A program made the position numbers and the translations under genes. A DNA stretch of 64,000 nt from Bugula neritina (taxonomy: Eukaryota > Animalia > Bryozoa): NCBI GenBank assembly GCA_964035545.1, contig OZ037772.1, positions 1,798,001 to 1,862,000 on the forward strand, given 5' to 3'. The notes under the pieces are model-generated. The model was not told the origin of the DNA. It saw nothing but the letters and a program-made list of their open reading frames with translations, and searched no databases. Shown piece by piece: positions 1 through 12,445 of the stretch; position 1 is the stretch's first letter, and each line of letters opens with the position of its first letter.

Positions 1-64
1 TCTGTGTATGTTTCTGCTATTCAGAATAGTCAAATTGATGTAATCAAACATTTTATAGATAAAA

Positions 65-915
65 ATGAACTGGCAAGAGAAGTTGATTAATGCAGTGAGT
101 AATTTTCTTTACAATTCTTATAAAATTTGTGATAAAAAATGGCACTTTTTCAATTTCTCCGTGAGTTTCACTATGTCATTCATTCAAAGTCAGTCATTCA
201 GATTCAGTTATACTTATTGGCAATACTCATACTCATAGTGATAGTCGAACTCAATCAGTCAATGTGAATGTCATAGTGATACTAGTGTTGGTCAGTACTG
301 CACATCATCCAACACGTAATAATGGTTCAATTCATCATTTATACTATTTGTTGTTCTAATTTCAGGTCAGGGAAAGACCATGCTTGTGGGACAAGAATCA
401 TAAACACTACATGTATAAAACTGTGAAAGAAAATAACTGGAAAGATGTTAGCAAAGAATTAGGAAATTTATTTGATGGTAGTTTATCAGTTTAATGAAGT
501 AATTATGTCTATTGTAATCAGATATTTAATCTACCACTTTTCAAGTTTACTTTTGACTTTTATAATCTTTAGAAAAAGCATGTGCTCTGAAGTATCGGAA
601 CTTGCGGGACACCTACGTGAGACTGAAAAGAGAACAGTTAAAAGTACCCAGTGGCTCTAGTCCAATTGAACCGCCAAAATGGCCTTTTTTTCAATTGTTC
701 AGCTTCGTGGATAATAAGAGTGGTGCAGAAAGGTTGGTTTGTCCTTACGTTAAGTAGTTTATTTATTTTTTCAACAAACAAACTTTAAAAATTATAAAAT
801 AATTTAATACACATCAAGTAATTTATTTTGCAGTAGTATAGCTGACAATATGCCATCAGAGGATATCGTGCAAGAACTTGCGACCACTGATACAGATACA
901 GCGACAGGGGTGTAG
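65..915 (+). CDS. MADF (Myb/SANT-like) domain gene, 4 exons, C-terminally truncated by the collagen duplication
   Basis: Phase-compatible GT-AG exons 65-94, 366-477, 573-732 and 834-915 translate to MNWQEKLINA|VRERPCLWDKNHKHYMYKTVKENNWKDVSKELGNLFD|EKACALKYRNLRDTYVRLKREQLKVPSGSSPIEPPKWPFFQLFSFVDNKSGAE|SSIADNMPSEDIVQELATTDTDTATGV*. This matches the MADF pattern (LI..VR..PCLWD...W.....NLRD.Y...PSGS...W.FF). The stop codon is supplied by the adjoining 26-bp repeat. Confidence 0.85.
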
Positions 916-1210
916 ACAGACTAAACTAGACAGGGGTGTAGACAGACTAAACTACACAGGGGTGTAGACAAACTAAACTAGACAGGGGTGTAGACAAACT
1001 AAACTAGACAGGGGTGTAGACAGACTAAACTACACAGGGGTGTAGACAAACTAAACTAGACAGGGGTGTAGACAAACTAAACTAGACAGGGGTGTAGGCA
1101 GAATAAAATACACAGGGCTGTAGACAGACTAAACTAGACAGGGGTGTAGACAGAATAAAATACACAGGGCTGTAAACAGACTAAACTACACTGGGGTGTA
1201 GACAGACAAA
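904..1210. repeat. 26-bp minisatellite (ACAGGGGTGTAGACAGACTAAACTAG), ~11 copies; collagen-intron derived
   Basis: Directly visible. A homologous shorter array lies at ~46007-46160 in the second collagen copy. Confidence 0.95.
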
Positions 1211-1401
1211 ACTTACTACAAACTTATAACTACCTTGTGTCATGATGTCTTTGTTCTCTCTTATAATTTGACCTTTATTTAGGGAGCAGATTTCAAGTGG
1301 GCTATTCTATAGTGACCAGTCACACTGTTTATTATAGCAACATAGAAATCAAGTTGAAAACTAGTTGCACCTGTTGTGATGCTATCAATGGGTGCTTACA
1401 G

Positions 1402-4400
1402 GTAGAGATGGAGTACCTGGACCTGTTGAGATCGGTTATCAGGGTAAACAAGGAGATCAAGGTCCTGCAGGTAAGAATGAGGAGTTACTCACCCTTGCTT
1501 GTGTATTTCTGTTCTTTTTAGGTATTCTATAATATGCTGGGGTTTCCCTCACAGCTATTATATATGCTGGAATTCCCCTCACACCTATGATATATGCCGG
1601 GGTTTCCCTCACAGCTATGCTATATGCTGGGGTTTCCCTCACAGCTATTATATATGCTGGAATTCCCCTCACACCTATGCTATATGCCGGGGTTTCCCTC
1701 ACAGATATTCTATATGCTGGGGTTTCCCTCACAGATATGCTATATGCTGGGGTTCTCCTCACAGCTAGTCTGCACTAAGGCAGGGAGTAGGCTAAGTAAT
1801 CATATTGAATCCCAGCAGTGCTTGTTACTTCAACTGACAGGATTACTGTGTATGATAGTTACTCTGAGTGGTTTCCATGGATCATTTTTACCATATTGTT
1901 TGCCACATGATGCATTGTCTTAGTAAAAACAAGAAAACAAAGAAATATACCAGAAATGTTGAGAATTGTGGTGTTCCAGAATTAATAAATGACCACTTGT
2001 AATGCGTACTGGTGCTGCTTGGTTCATAGGACCTGTCGAACAAGCTGGAGAACCTGGTCTGGATGGCAGAAATGGAAAGACAGGAGAAACTGCACGAACT
2101 AGTATGCCTGGTCCAACCGGCTCAAGGGGGGTCACTGGAGAACCCGGATCTGATGGAAGGTATTTTTTGTGCTTTACTCTACCCTATGCAGCTTCTTGGA
2201 ACTTTTTATTTGATTTAGTTTTTATAATTTGTTATCAATTTTTTCAGAGACGGTTTACCTGGAGTACCGGGTGCTGATGGTAGACCTGGGGAGCAGGGTG
2301 ATCAAGGAGACAAGGGTGATAAGGTAAGAACATTCTTTATTCAGTTTTCTATTTATTTCAGTTCTCTGGTTTTCCACTAGTCAATCCTGTAGTTGTTTAT
2401 TTGTTTTAGTTTATTTATGTTAATACTAAAGTTGCTTCAGTGACATCACATGATGTAATATATTACATAACAGTGCAGTATAATACACCATAATATAATA
2501 TGTTATACAATACAATAATATTACAGAAAATATAATTCACTAATATCTCACAGCTAAGGTGTGTCTCCTAAATATATTCATTACTATAGGGACCAGCTGG
2601 GCCACAGGGTGCTTCTGGACCAACTGGATTGTCTGGGCCAACTGGTCCTCAGGGACCCCAGGGAGCTTCCGGGAATTCCCGGCGAACAAGGACCTAAAGG
2701 TATGAATTAAGTTGAACCAATCTTTGTCCTTAGTTATTGGCCATCAACAGAATCTTGACTCTAAGAGTTATCCTACTTGGTAAGAAGGTAAGGCAATTCC
2801 TAACTCATGATAATATGAATATCATCTGCTGTTGTAAGACCCACTGGTTTCCAGGGACCTCAGGGATTCCTCGGAGCTCCTGGTGTTGATGGTTAAAGGG
2901 GAGATGTTGGATCAGTTGGCATTGCTGGACCACCCGGGCTACGGGGTGCTGACGGCAAAGAAGGAATAACTGGTCTTCTGGTGCTATGGGACCACCTGGA
3001 CCTGATGGTGCTAAGGTAAACACTTACACTGTTAGCAGGTTATTGTTATTCATCTTGTTGGTTTAGTGGTAATAAACCAATAGTTCTAGGGTGAGCAAAG
3101 GAGAGTTGGGGAAATGGGTAGTCCTGGCAGTCCTGGACCTCCTGGACCACCTGGTGAAGCCCCAGTATTTGGTTAGTTATTAGCAAAGCCAAGTTATTGT
3201 CCATTACTTGTATCTTTTTTTATTTTCTTTCAACTGTTTATTGGTAATATTTTGGGAATTTCATCCATAGCCTGTGGTTGAAGCTTTATTTTATTCTACC
3301 ATGGGTTATGTTAGGTGCGCCCCCTATGATGATGAGTGCAATGATGTCCAACGGTAAAGGTGTACAAGCAGATGATGCAGGCGCCAACAATGAGCTCTAT
3401 AATATGTACCTCAGTGAGTAATGGTCATGATGTGCTTTGATGTTGCCTGCTTTGTAGTGGAAAAGATCTTTTAAATAGTGTTTTGGAACTCAAATGACGG
3501 ACCTGTTTCAAATTGTGTGTATGTTTTTACAGACAAACAATTTTATAATTTACTGCTAGAAACTATTGTAATAAAAATATAGACAGCTGTTATAATGTAT
3601 TTTTCCTCCTAGCATTGATGATTGACATTCTTGTTTGATGAGTCACCTATTTAGTTCGTTTCTCCAGTTAAATGTTTCTACATTCTGACATATTATATAA
3701 TGTTGATTTATTGCTGTTAGCTTACATAACTACTTCCACTTTATTTCTCTAGAAACAGAAGTAAGAGACGGGTCCAAAGACGGCCCTGTTAGAGACTGTA
3801 GAGAACTCTTCACTGAAAACCCAGACTTCAAAAGTGGAACTTATTGGGTGAGATAAGATGCTGATATGTTTCTATTTTCTCTGCTCAGAAGAAATCTGCA
3901 TCCAAGTCTAATGACTGAAATTTTGTGAACATGTTTTACATTCTACAATTACTACTCCTGAGGTGTCAATATCATGTCACGTGAAGTTTCCACAGATATT
4001 TAATGTTTAAGAATAAGAGTTTTTCCATGAGTTGCCTGTATTATATAATTCTGTATATTTAACAGCTGAACAGGTTTTAGAAGTTTTATGTGATGTTTGT
4101 ATTGTGTTAGTGTGAAAAAGAGAAGTTGTATTCTCTATTGTTTGTTGTCAGGTGGATCCAGATGGTGGCTCCATAGCTAATGCTATCCAGGCTTACTGTC
4201 GCAAGGAAATGAAGAGAACTTGCATCAATGCCAAGACCTCTGAGTTTGCCACCAAATCGTACGTCACCCAGCAGCTAGATAATCAGCCATTTGTTGCTAA
4301 ACACATGGGAACAACAATTGTGAGTGTTTATCTTGCATCAACCACGACTTTCTCAGTAATACTTGAGAATATTCAAAAGTTTTATGTTGAGAATTGTCGC

Positions 4401-5325
4401 TATAGTAACATATTTGTTTACTGTATGGATGTTGATAAGTGTTGCTATAGTAACATGTTGGTTTCCTGTATGGATGTTGATAAGTGTTGCTATAGTAACA
4501 TGTTGGTTTCCTGTATGGATTGTAGTTTGAGTATCAGGCAGAGTCTTCCCAACTCAACTTCCTTCGAATTCATTCTGAGAGAGCAAAGCAAACCCTGACT
4601 TACAGGTAATAGTCACTGCTAGCAGCTTATCAAATAGTCACTAGTTGCTAGTCACCAGTTGCTAGTTGCCAATCACCAGATACTAGTCCTCTACTATGTT
4701 GCAAGTCACTTGATAATCTGAACAATCACAGGCTTTTTTAAGCTGAGCGAGTTGTTGGTATGACTATTCCTTTTGTCGATTGTAGATGTATAAACTCAGT
4801 GGCGGTAGAAGACGCATACGGTAGGAAGAATAAGTCAGTCATTTTATATACAGCTGGTGATAAAGAATACACAGCGACAGATAGCAGGTTTCAATATTCA
4901 GTGCTGCAGGATGATTGCAAGGTATGTAAATGTGACCTATATAATGTAAATCTGACCTATATAGTGTAAACCTGATCTATATAGTGTAAATCTGACTTCT
5001 ATAGTGTGAATATGACCTGCATATGCACATGATTGCGATAGTTGCATCTTTTGTTCTATTAATTTACTGTGGAGCTTGCTTTTGAGGCTTGTAATAAATG
5101 TTTACGAGTTCAACCCAAAAGCCACTTTGAGTGCTGTACGAGTTTAGAGTTTTGAGTTTGCCGTCTGCCATTTTGTAGTATGCCAAATCATCAGAAGCTC
5201 AGACAGTGATTGAGATCGACACCAAGACCGCCACCCACTTGCCTATTATTGACATTGCTCCTGGTGACATCGGGACCACCCACAAAGAGTTTGGGGTTCA
5301 GCTTGGAGAAGTCTGCTTTTCATAG
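1402..5325 (+). pseudogene. Fibrillar collagen (Gly-X-Y plus COLFI C-propeptide), copy 1, 5'-truncated, helix exons damaged, COLFI exons open
   Basis: Exons 1402-1470, 2030-2159, 2248-2323, 2590-2699, ~2838-3015, 3090-3171, 3315-3413, 3753-3847, 4152-4319, 4526-4605, 4786-4921, 5179-5325. COLFI motifs: DGSKDGPVRDCREL..SGTYWVDP, QLNFLRIHSERAKQTLTYRC, LPIIDIAPGDIG..EFGVQLGEVCFS*. Lesions: +1 frameshift in exon 2590-2699; TAA, frameshift and altered acceptor in exon ~2838-3015; Gly substitutions. Confidence 0.9.
1530..1765. repeat. 30-bp intronic minisatellite (TATATGCTGGGGTTTCCCTCACAGATATGC), ~8 copies
   Basis: Directly visible. About 6 copies at ~46488-46665 in copy 2. Confidence 0.95.
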
Positions 5326-6390
5326 ACTCATATCTAACAACAGTTTTATTTGTCTGATTTGTAAGACTGTCCCTGATTAGATAATTAGTGGCCAATCAGA
5401 GAATTCAATCAATGTTGGTTGGCTGAGACCAGCAGTCTGATTCTTATATAACCTAATTTTTAAATGAAATATTTGATTACTCTAAATAAATTTATCCGAG
5501 ACTTCCAAGGCAGTGATGGTGATTTTTGTACATATAAATTTGAAGGAGTTTAGCTATAGGGTTTATGCTGTTCTTTTAATTATTCCACCATAACCTGAGA
5601 TTGTGAGTAGTAGTTCTAGAATGAGGTAGGGAGGGTGTAACGCCCTTCCCTATGACTTTATATATTTAGAAACTGTTGTTAATTTAGTAATTCTGTTGGT
5701 GCTACATTTTTAAATTCATTTAATCCAACCATTTCTCTATTACAAAATATATTTTACCATAAGGTGCTACACAATTTATTTCTCAGCTTGTAGATTTCAT
5801 CATCAAAATTATTGAAGTAATAAAATTGGTCAAGAATTTGAAAGAAGCTGCAGTTTTCAGATCTGATTATTTAACCTATTCATCCTGAAATGAGACATTG
5901 TTAGTTTAAAATGGAATTTAACATATATTTTAGTTACTTAGTTCCAACTGTGTTGACCATATCCACATTTTAAATTTTACTTTGGCTGCTATGAAGTATA
6001 TAAGCAAATGGCATTGAGTTATTAATATATAATAAGGTTTGCAAAGACTTAACATACCAAGCAACTGTGACAAGACATGACAATAACTCCAGCCAATCAT
6101 ACATATCATACATACATCATACATAGCCTAAAATGGATCATTTTAAAAATTTGTAAATCATACTCAAACCTAATCAACAGCTTTAACTTATGTAGCTATG
6201 AGAAATATGTAATTTTTAAACAACCGGAGTTATCCACTCTCAACAAACGCAAAGAGCGAAGTGTGAAAATTCCACGCTAGTGACCTGCCACACACAGTGC
6301 GTGTGTTGCGAGTGCAAAATATTATTAGCAAATGATGTTAGCGTTAAACTTTACTGCTCGCCTACAGATGTTTGTTTTTAAACAGCGTCA

Positions 6391-8374
6391 CTATGTTATA
6401 CAGTATATTATGTCATACAGTATATTATGTCATACAGTATACTATGTTATACAGTATATTATGTTATACAGTATATTATGTTATACAGTATATTATGTTA
6501 TACAGTATACTATGTTATACAGTATACTATGTTATACAGTATAGTATGTTATACAGTATACTATGTTATACAGTATATCATGTTATACAGTATACTATGT
6601 TATACAGTATATTACGTTATACAGTATATTATGTTATACAGTATACTATGTTATACAGTATACTATGTTATACAGTATATTATGTTATACAGTATATTAT
6701 GTTATACAGTATACTATGTTATACGGTATATTATGTTATACGGTATACTATGTTATACAGTATACTATGTTATACAGTATACTATGTTATACAGTATACT
6801 ATGTTATACAGTATACTATGTTATACAGTATACTATGTTATACAGTATACTATGTTATACAGTATATTATGTTATACAGTATACTATGTTATACAGTATA
6901 CTATGTTATACAGTATATTATGTTATACAGTATATTATGTTATACTGTATATTATGTTATACAGTATATTATGTTATACAGTATACTATGTTATACAGTA
7001 TACTATGTTATACAGTATATTATGTTATACAGTATATTATGTTATACAGTATATTATGTTATACAGTATACTATGTTATACAGTATATTATACAGTATAC
7101 TATGTTATACAGTATACTATGTTATACAGTATATTATGTTATACAGTATACTATGTTATACAGTATATTATGTTATACAGTATATTATGTTATACAGTAT
7201 ACTATGTTATACAGTATACTATGTTATACAGTGTATTATGTTATACATTATACTATGCTATACAGTATACTACGTTATACAGTATATTATGTTATACAGT
7301 ATATTATGTTATACAGTATACTATGTTATACATTATACTATGCTATACAGTATACTACGTTATACAGTATATTATGTTATACAGTATATTATGTTATACA
7401 GTATACTATGTTATACAGTATATTATGTTATACACTATACTATGTTATACAGTATACTATGTTATACAGTATACTATGTTATACAGTATATATTATGTTA
7501 TACAGTATACTATGTTATACAGTATATTATGTTATACAGTATATACTATGTTATACAGTATACTATGTTATACAGTATATATTATGTTATACAGTATATT
7601 ATGTTATACAGTATACTATGTTATACAGTATATCATGTTATACAGTATACTATGTTATACAGTATACTATGTTATACAGTATATTATGTTATACAGTATA
7701 CTACGTTATACAGTATACTATGTTATACAGTATATTATGTTATACAGTATATTATGTTATACAGTATATTATGTTATACAGTATACTATGTTATACAGTA
7801 TATTATACAGTATACTATGTTATACAGTATACTATGTTATACAGTATATTATGTTATACAGTACCTATACTATGTTATACAGTATATTATGTTATACAGT
7901 ATATTATGTTATACAGTATACTATATTATACAGTATACTATGTTATACAGTGTATTATGTTATACATTATACTATGCTATACAGTATACTACGTTATACA
8001 GTATATTATGTTATACAGTATATTATGTTATACAGTATACTATGTTATACATTATACTATGCTATACAGTATACTACGTTATACAGTATATTATGTTATA
8101 CAGTATATTATGTTATACAGTATACTATGTTATACAGTATATTATGTTATACAGTATATTATGTTATACAGTATATTATGTTATACAGTATATTATGTTA
8201 TACAGTATATTATGTTATACACTATACTATGTTATACAGTATATTATGTTATACAGTATACTATGTTATACAGTATATTATGTTATACAGTATACTATGT
8301 TATACAGTATATATTATGTTATACAGTATATTATGTTATACAGTATACTATGTTATACAGTATATTATGTTATA
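6391..8374. repeat. 17-bp satellite (TATGTTATACAGTATAY), ~115 copies
   Basis: Directly visible. It explains the three ~700-aa repetitive ORFs. Confidence 0.98.
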
Positions 8375-8504
8375 TTAATCAACATACAAATGAGATGCTC
8401 TTGTCAGTCTATTATGATGAATATTATACACTGGAACTGGGTTACTCTCTCGCCTCCCCTCACTGCAGCTCAGCTGGACCAGATCTTCCCAAGTGATGAA
8501 GATT

Positions 8505-8765
8505 TTTTTTCTAAAAATTTCACAGTTTGTTATCAGCTCTTTGAGCTCTTGCCTTGTTTTCAAGATTACATGTACTGTATATGTATAACTATAACTCCTT
8601 CATTTTATGTAGTTCATATATTTATCCACACTACACTCTACAATCTAAGTTTACTTCTACATCCATGTGTCTATTATTCACTCTACCCTAGCTGCTACCC
8701 CTCCTACTACGAATGAAGGTTCAGAAGTTTGAATTGGAAGCAAAACCAACAGGAAGTTTAAGCAG
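8505..8765 (-). mobile_element. Fragment of a hAT-like non-autonomous element; inverted copy at ~16465-16783 and terminal fragments at ~13280-13418 and ~9541-9556
   Basis: 8505-8765 is the reverse complement of ~16465-16720. The 13.4 kb copy ends GGTTGGGAACCACTG, a CAGTGGTTCCCAACC-type hAT/Charlie terminus. Confidence 0.6.
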
Positions 8766-9989
8766 CAATGCAAGCTCATTTCTATAAACTATACACACTG
8801 CATACATATAGTGGATATATTTCCTGTGTTCCAGTACAATCATCACATCATCACTCTTCATTATGGCAGCATCAATCTTTTTAAAGCTGAACTCAAGTTG
8901 TGACCTTGACACAATTCTGTGATACAACTATCCTCACACTCAATAAATTATTAGAAAAAGAACCTGTTTCAGAGATATCTTTCAAAAAGCATTTCTGCAA
9001 ATATATTTGAACTTTTAACATTATTTGACAGTATTCTCCTGAGCTACCTTCATAAGAGAGTTACATGAGAGTGTCATTGAGCTGGTTTACAGTGAAGGAG
9101 GATTTGCTGAATTCTGTGTTTCCACAAGCAAACTCTACCCACACATTGCTGACAATACACTAACAGTTTTAGTGCCATTCAGCACCACGTTTTTATATAA
9201 GATAGGATTCCTTCAATTAATATGCTAATGGTTAGGAATCAGCAAATGAAGTGCCTTGACCTGCAAAGTGACCTACAATGTACAGCTTGCCAAAACCCAA
9301 GTCAAACTTAAGCAAGCTGCAGCACAAATTCACCAGCTGCAGCCATAGTATTAATAATTAAACTGCTCTGTGCTTTTTACATGCATAATATAATAATCAT
9401 AATCTTATATTATAATCAAATAAACTAGAACAAATATAGACTTCTATTGTATATTATGCCTATCATTCATAAATTGCACTTTTAGAAAGAGGGGAACTTA
9501 ATAGTAAACAGTTATGGAAGGGGAGATGGTGGTATGAAGAAGGTTTGGAACCACTGAGCTAGAGGAACCACCACACCTCTACCATAGCATCACATCCCTC
9601 TGCCATCTTGATTGCAGCCTGCCAGTTAAGAAAATTCAGGATTAATCAGATGTTCAGTGATGTCGCTGAATATGCTAGTACTAAACAGCTCAACTTAAAC
9701 ATAATAAAAATATTTTACATAATGAAAGTACAAACAAAAAGATGCAAGTGCTAGCTGACACTGAAGTAGACTAATAAGAGACAAATCTCTTGTAAAGATT
9801 TTGCTACTAAAAAGGACATAGATGTTATCGGTATTTTTGTATATTGAAATTATACAGGACCGGAATTAGATATTCTAAAATAGCTCAATTGAAAAACATG
9901 CACACCTGATGCCCTGGATAATTTTTCAGATTTCAACCTTAGAGTTGTCTCTCTTCGACGCTAAAATATAGCGCTCGGCTCACTGAACG

Positions 9990-10177
9990 CAACATATTTT
10001 CTTTCACGTGATTATTATAGAGCCGACCTTTGTACTTGAGTGACGTGTAATAATCCTTCTGCGCGTGGAACTTCCTCGTTACTTTAGTTTTATTCATATT
10101 GATATTGTGCCTTTTCTCAGTTACTAGCTACCAAGTTTCTTACCAGTTTACAGACTGACACTATTGACTCTCGTGAG
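9990..10177 (+). promoter_or_regulatory. Probable promoter and non-coding first exon of the TRIM gene
   Basis: Locally CpG-richer. CACGTG (10005), TGACGT (10041), GGAACTTCC (10067), donor GAG|GTGAGA at 10178, and an acceptor TTTTACAG at 12422 just upstream of the TRIM ATG. Confidence 0.45.
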
Positions 10178-11172
10178 GTGAGAACAGTTTGAGTCATCTC
10201 ATTATTTCTCAAATTAATCAGGTACCCGTACTTTAATACTTGCAGTTAGATTTACTATTTAATATTTTAGTATTTATTATTAGTATTTAGTATTTTACTA
10301 TTTTAATTCTAGATTTACTTTTACTTTTAGTTTTAGTTTTACTTTTAGCCTTTAGGCTTTAGGTTTAAGTCTAGGCTTATAACTTATTTAATATCAATAT
10401 AAGATTAAGCTTAAGACTAAGTTAATTGTTATATTTAAATTATAAGTTATATAAAATTAAATTAAAATTCTTACAGTTATGAGTTAATGTTATAATGTTA
10501 ATTAAATATAATTGTTTCTCTTTGAGTCTTTGATTTGAAATTTACAATAGACATAGTAATACCATAGCCCATAGGCATATGATCAATAATTAATTAATTA
10601 TAATGATTTATCGAAAAATATAAATATGAATATCGTATTAATGATATCAAATTTATTATTATTATAAGAAATTTAATCGACTTCAAGTTTAAATTCAAGT
10701 TTTAATACTGAAAAATTGATCTACTAGTACTACTACTAGTACTACTACGTCTACAGTGGTAGTACGTAGTAGTAGCCTACGATTACAGATTACTATTACG
10801 TACTATAAGTATTAGTCTATAAGTAATACATGTACTATTAGATTACTCTTAGTATTGCTATTCGATTTACTGTTGGTATAACTAAGTATTTCAGTTTCGC
10901 ACTATTTTATTTATATATATATTTGTATTAACTTTAAGTATTACTATTAGTAATCACAATTAGTATTGATATTGCATCACCTATTAGGATTACTGCTGTT
11001 AGTATTAGTATTAGTATTGTTGTATGAGTAATTACTAATTAGTATTAGTAATTTTTACTCATTGCATTACATTTACTATAAGTATAAATATAAAGTGTAA
11101 GTTACTATTATTGCTCTACTATAACTATCAGTATTAGATTTAGTGTTGCGGTGAATCTAAGTAACATATTAA

Positions 11173-11765
11173 TATCTTGGTGTGTTAGTGGATCAGAATT
11201 TGAGATTTCATGAACATGTACAATCAGTAGTTACAACAGTATCAAGAAGAATGTATATTGTGAAGAATTTTGCATATCTTAGCTCTAAACCTCTAGCAAA
11301 TATGTTATTCAAAAGTTTCATCTTGTCCCGCATCGCCTATTGTCTACCTACTATTTTTACTTGTATCTATGCCAGTGATAAAAAAGCCATTCAAAGGATT
11401 TTCAAAGTTTGCTCAAAACTTGGGATTGAGTATCTAAACATTGATTTGCACATTCAGAAACTCACTAAAGAACTTGCTATCAAATATATAGCAGACAATG
11501 ACCATTTTATCAATAACTTTCTGAGTCAATGCCCTTCTGGAAGATATCGAACTATCAAATATAGAGGGGCATGGGGCAGAGATAGCTTCTTGCGACATCT
11601 TGTAAATACTTTAAACAAGCTTTTATTTTAAATAGTCTAACAGAGTTTTGACTTTTTCTCTTAATTTTGTTCATTCCTACTTATGTTATAATCAGCATTT
11701 ACACTGAATTTTGCAATGTGTTGTCATGTTTGTGATATGTAATAAATAAATCAATCAATCAAATC
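11173..11765 (+). mobile_element. 5'-truncated non-LTR retrotransposon (RT thumb/C-terminus; L2/Rex1/CR1-group)
   Basis: YLGVLVDQNLRFHEHV...SRRMYIVK...LFKSFILSRIAYC...IQRI. The 3' end is AATAAATAAA(TCAA)n. Confidence 0.85.
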
Positions 11766-12445
11766 ATGCATCACCAACACTGCAGAAATGTTAAAATGAA
11801 TTTTGTCATTTAGATTATGGAGAAAACAAAGTATTTTCAACACCCAGCACAAAATATTTCATGAAACTATGTTTTCAACCACTGCTATGTTTCCCCCTAT
11901 TTTGTGTCTTAGCGTGAGCCCACGCAATGTATCTAGCCCAAAAATGGGCAGGTAACATTGTAAAACTGGCTGATATTTTTGAATGAGGGGATAAGCAGCT
12001 GAGCCCAATTGTGCTGTTTGTTCATAAAAGTAATACATAACTCACTGGCATTCATGTTTCACTTCTCCTCTATATATTGGAAACACTTGAATAGTGGTGT
12101 TCAATAGAAGTAGAATAATAGTGTTCACTGAAGCACACAACATTGCTTCATATTTATTGTTTATGGAGTTTGAGTCACCAGCAAAAACCTATTCAGTGAT
12201 TACAATGGAAACAATACAGCCTTTGTTAGAGAGTTAAAGCTGTGAGCTCAGCATGTTGTAGCTGACTATCATGTATACCAGTGTTATTAACTGCCTTTGT
12301 GTGACATTATTTTTCACGTCTTTGTTTTGTATGGTTTATTGTTAATGGTTAAGTCTTTGATTTGGAAACCTTCACATATGCAGTGTGAAATATTATGCTA
12401 AGAGTATGTGTATCTTTTACAGGATTTCCTTATCATATAACCAAG

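Larger units (their letters stand above)
904..6015 (+). repeat. ~5.1 kb segmental duplication, direct copy of ~46007-51012
   Basis: Introns, exons and 3' flank align closely by eye between the two regions. Similarity starts within the 26-bp array and ends after AAATGGCATT (~6015 / ~51012). Confidence 0.95.

Noticed and set aside
1457-1923. Overlapping repetitive ORFs (also 46415-46719)
   Set aside because: They come from the 30-bp intronic minisatellite.
6372-8716. Three 668-717 aa ORFs
   Set aside because: They are translations of a 17-bp satellite that happens to lack stops; the same 17-aa repeat appears in every frame.
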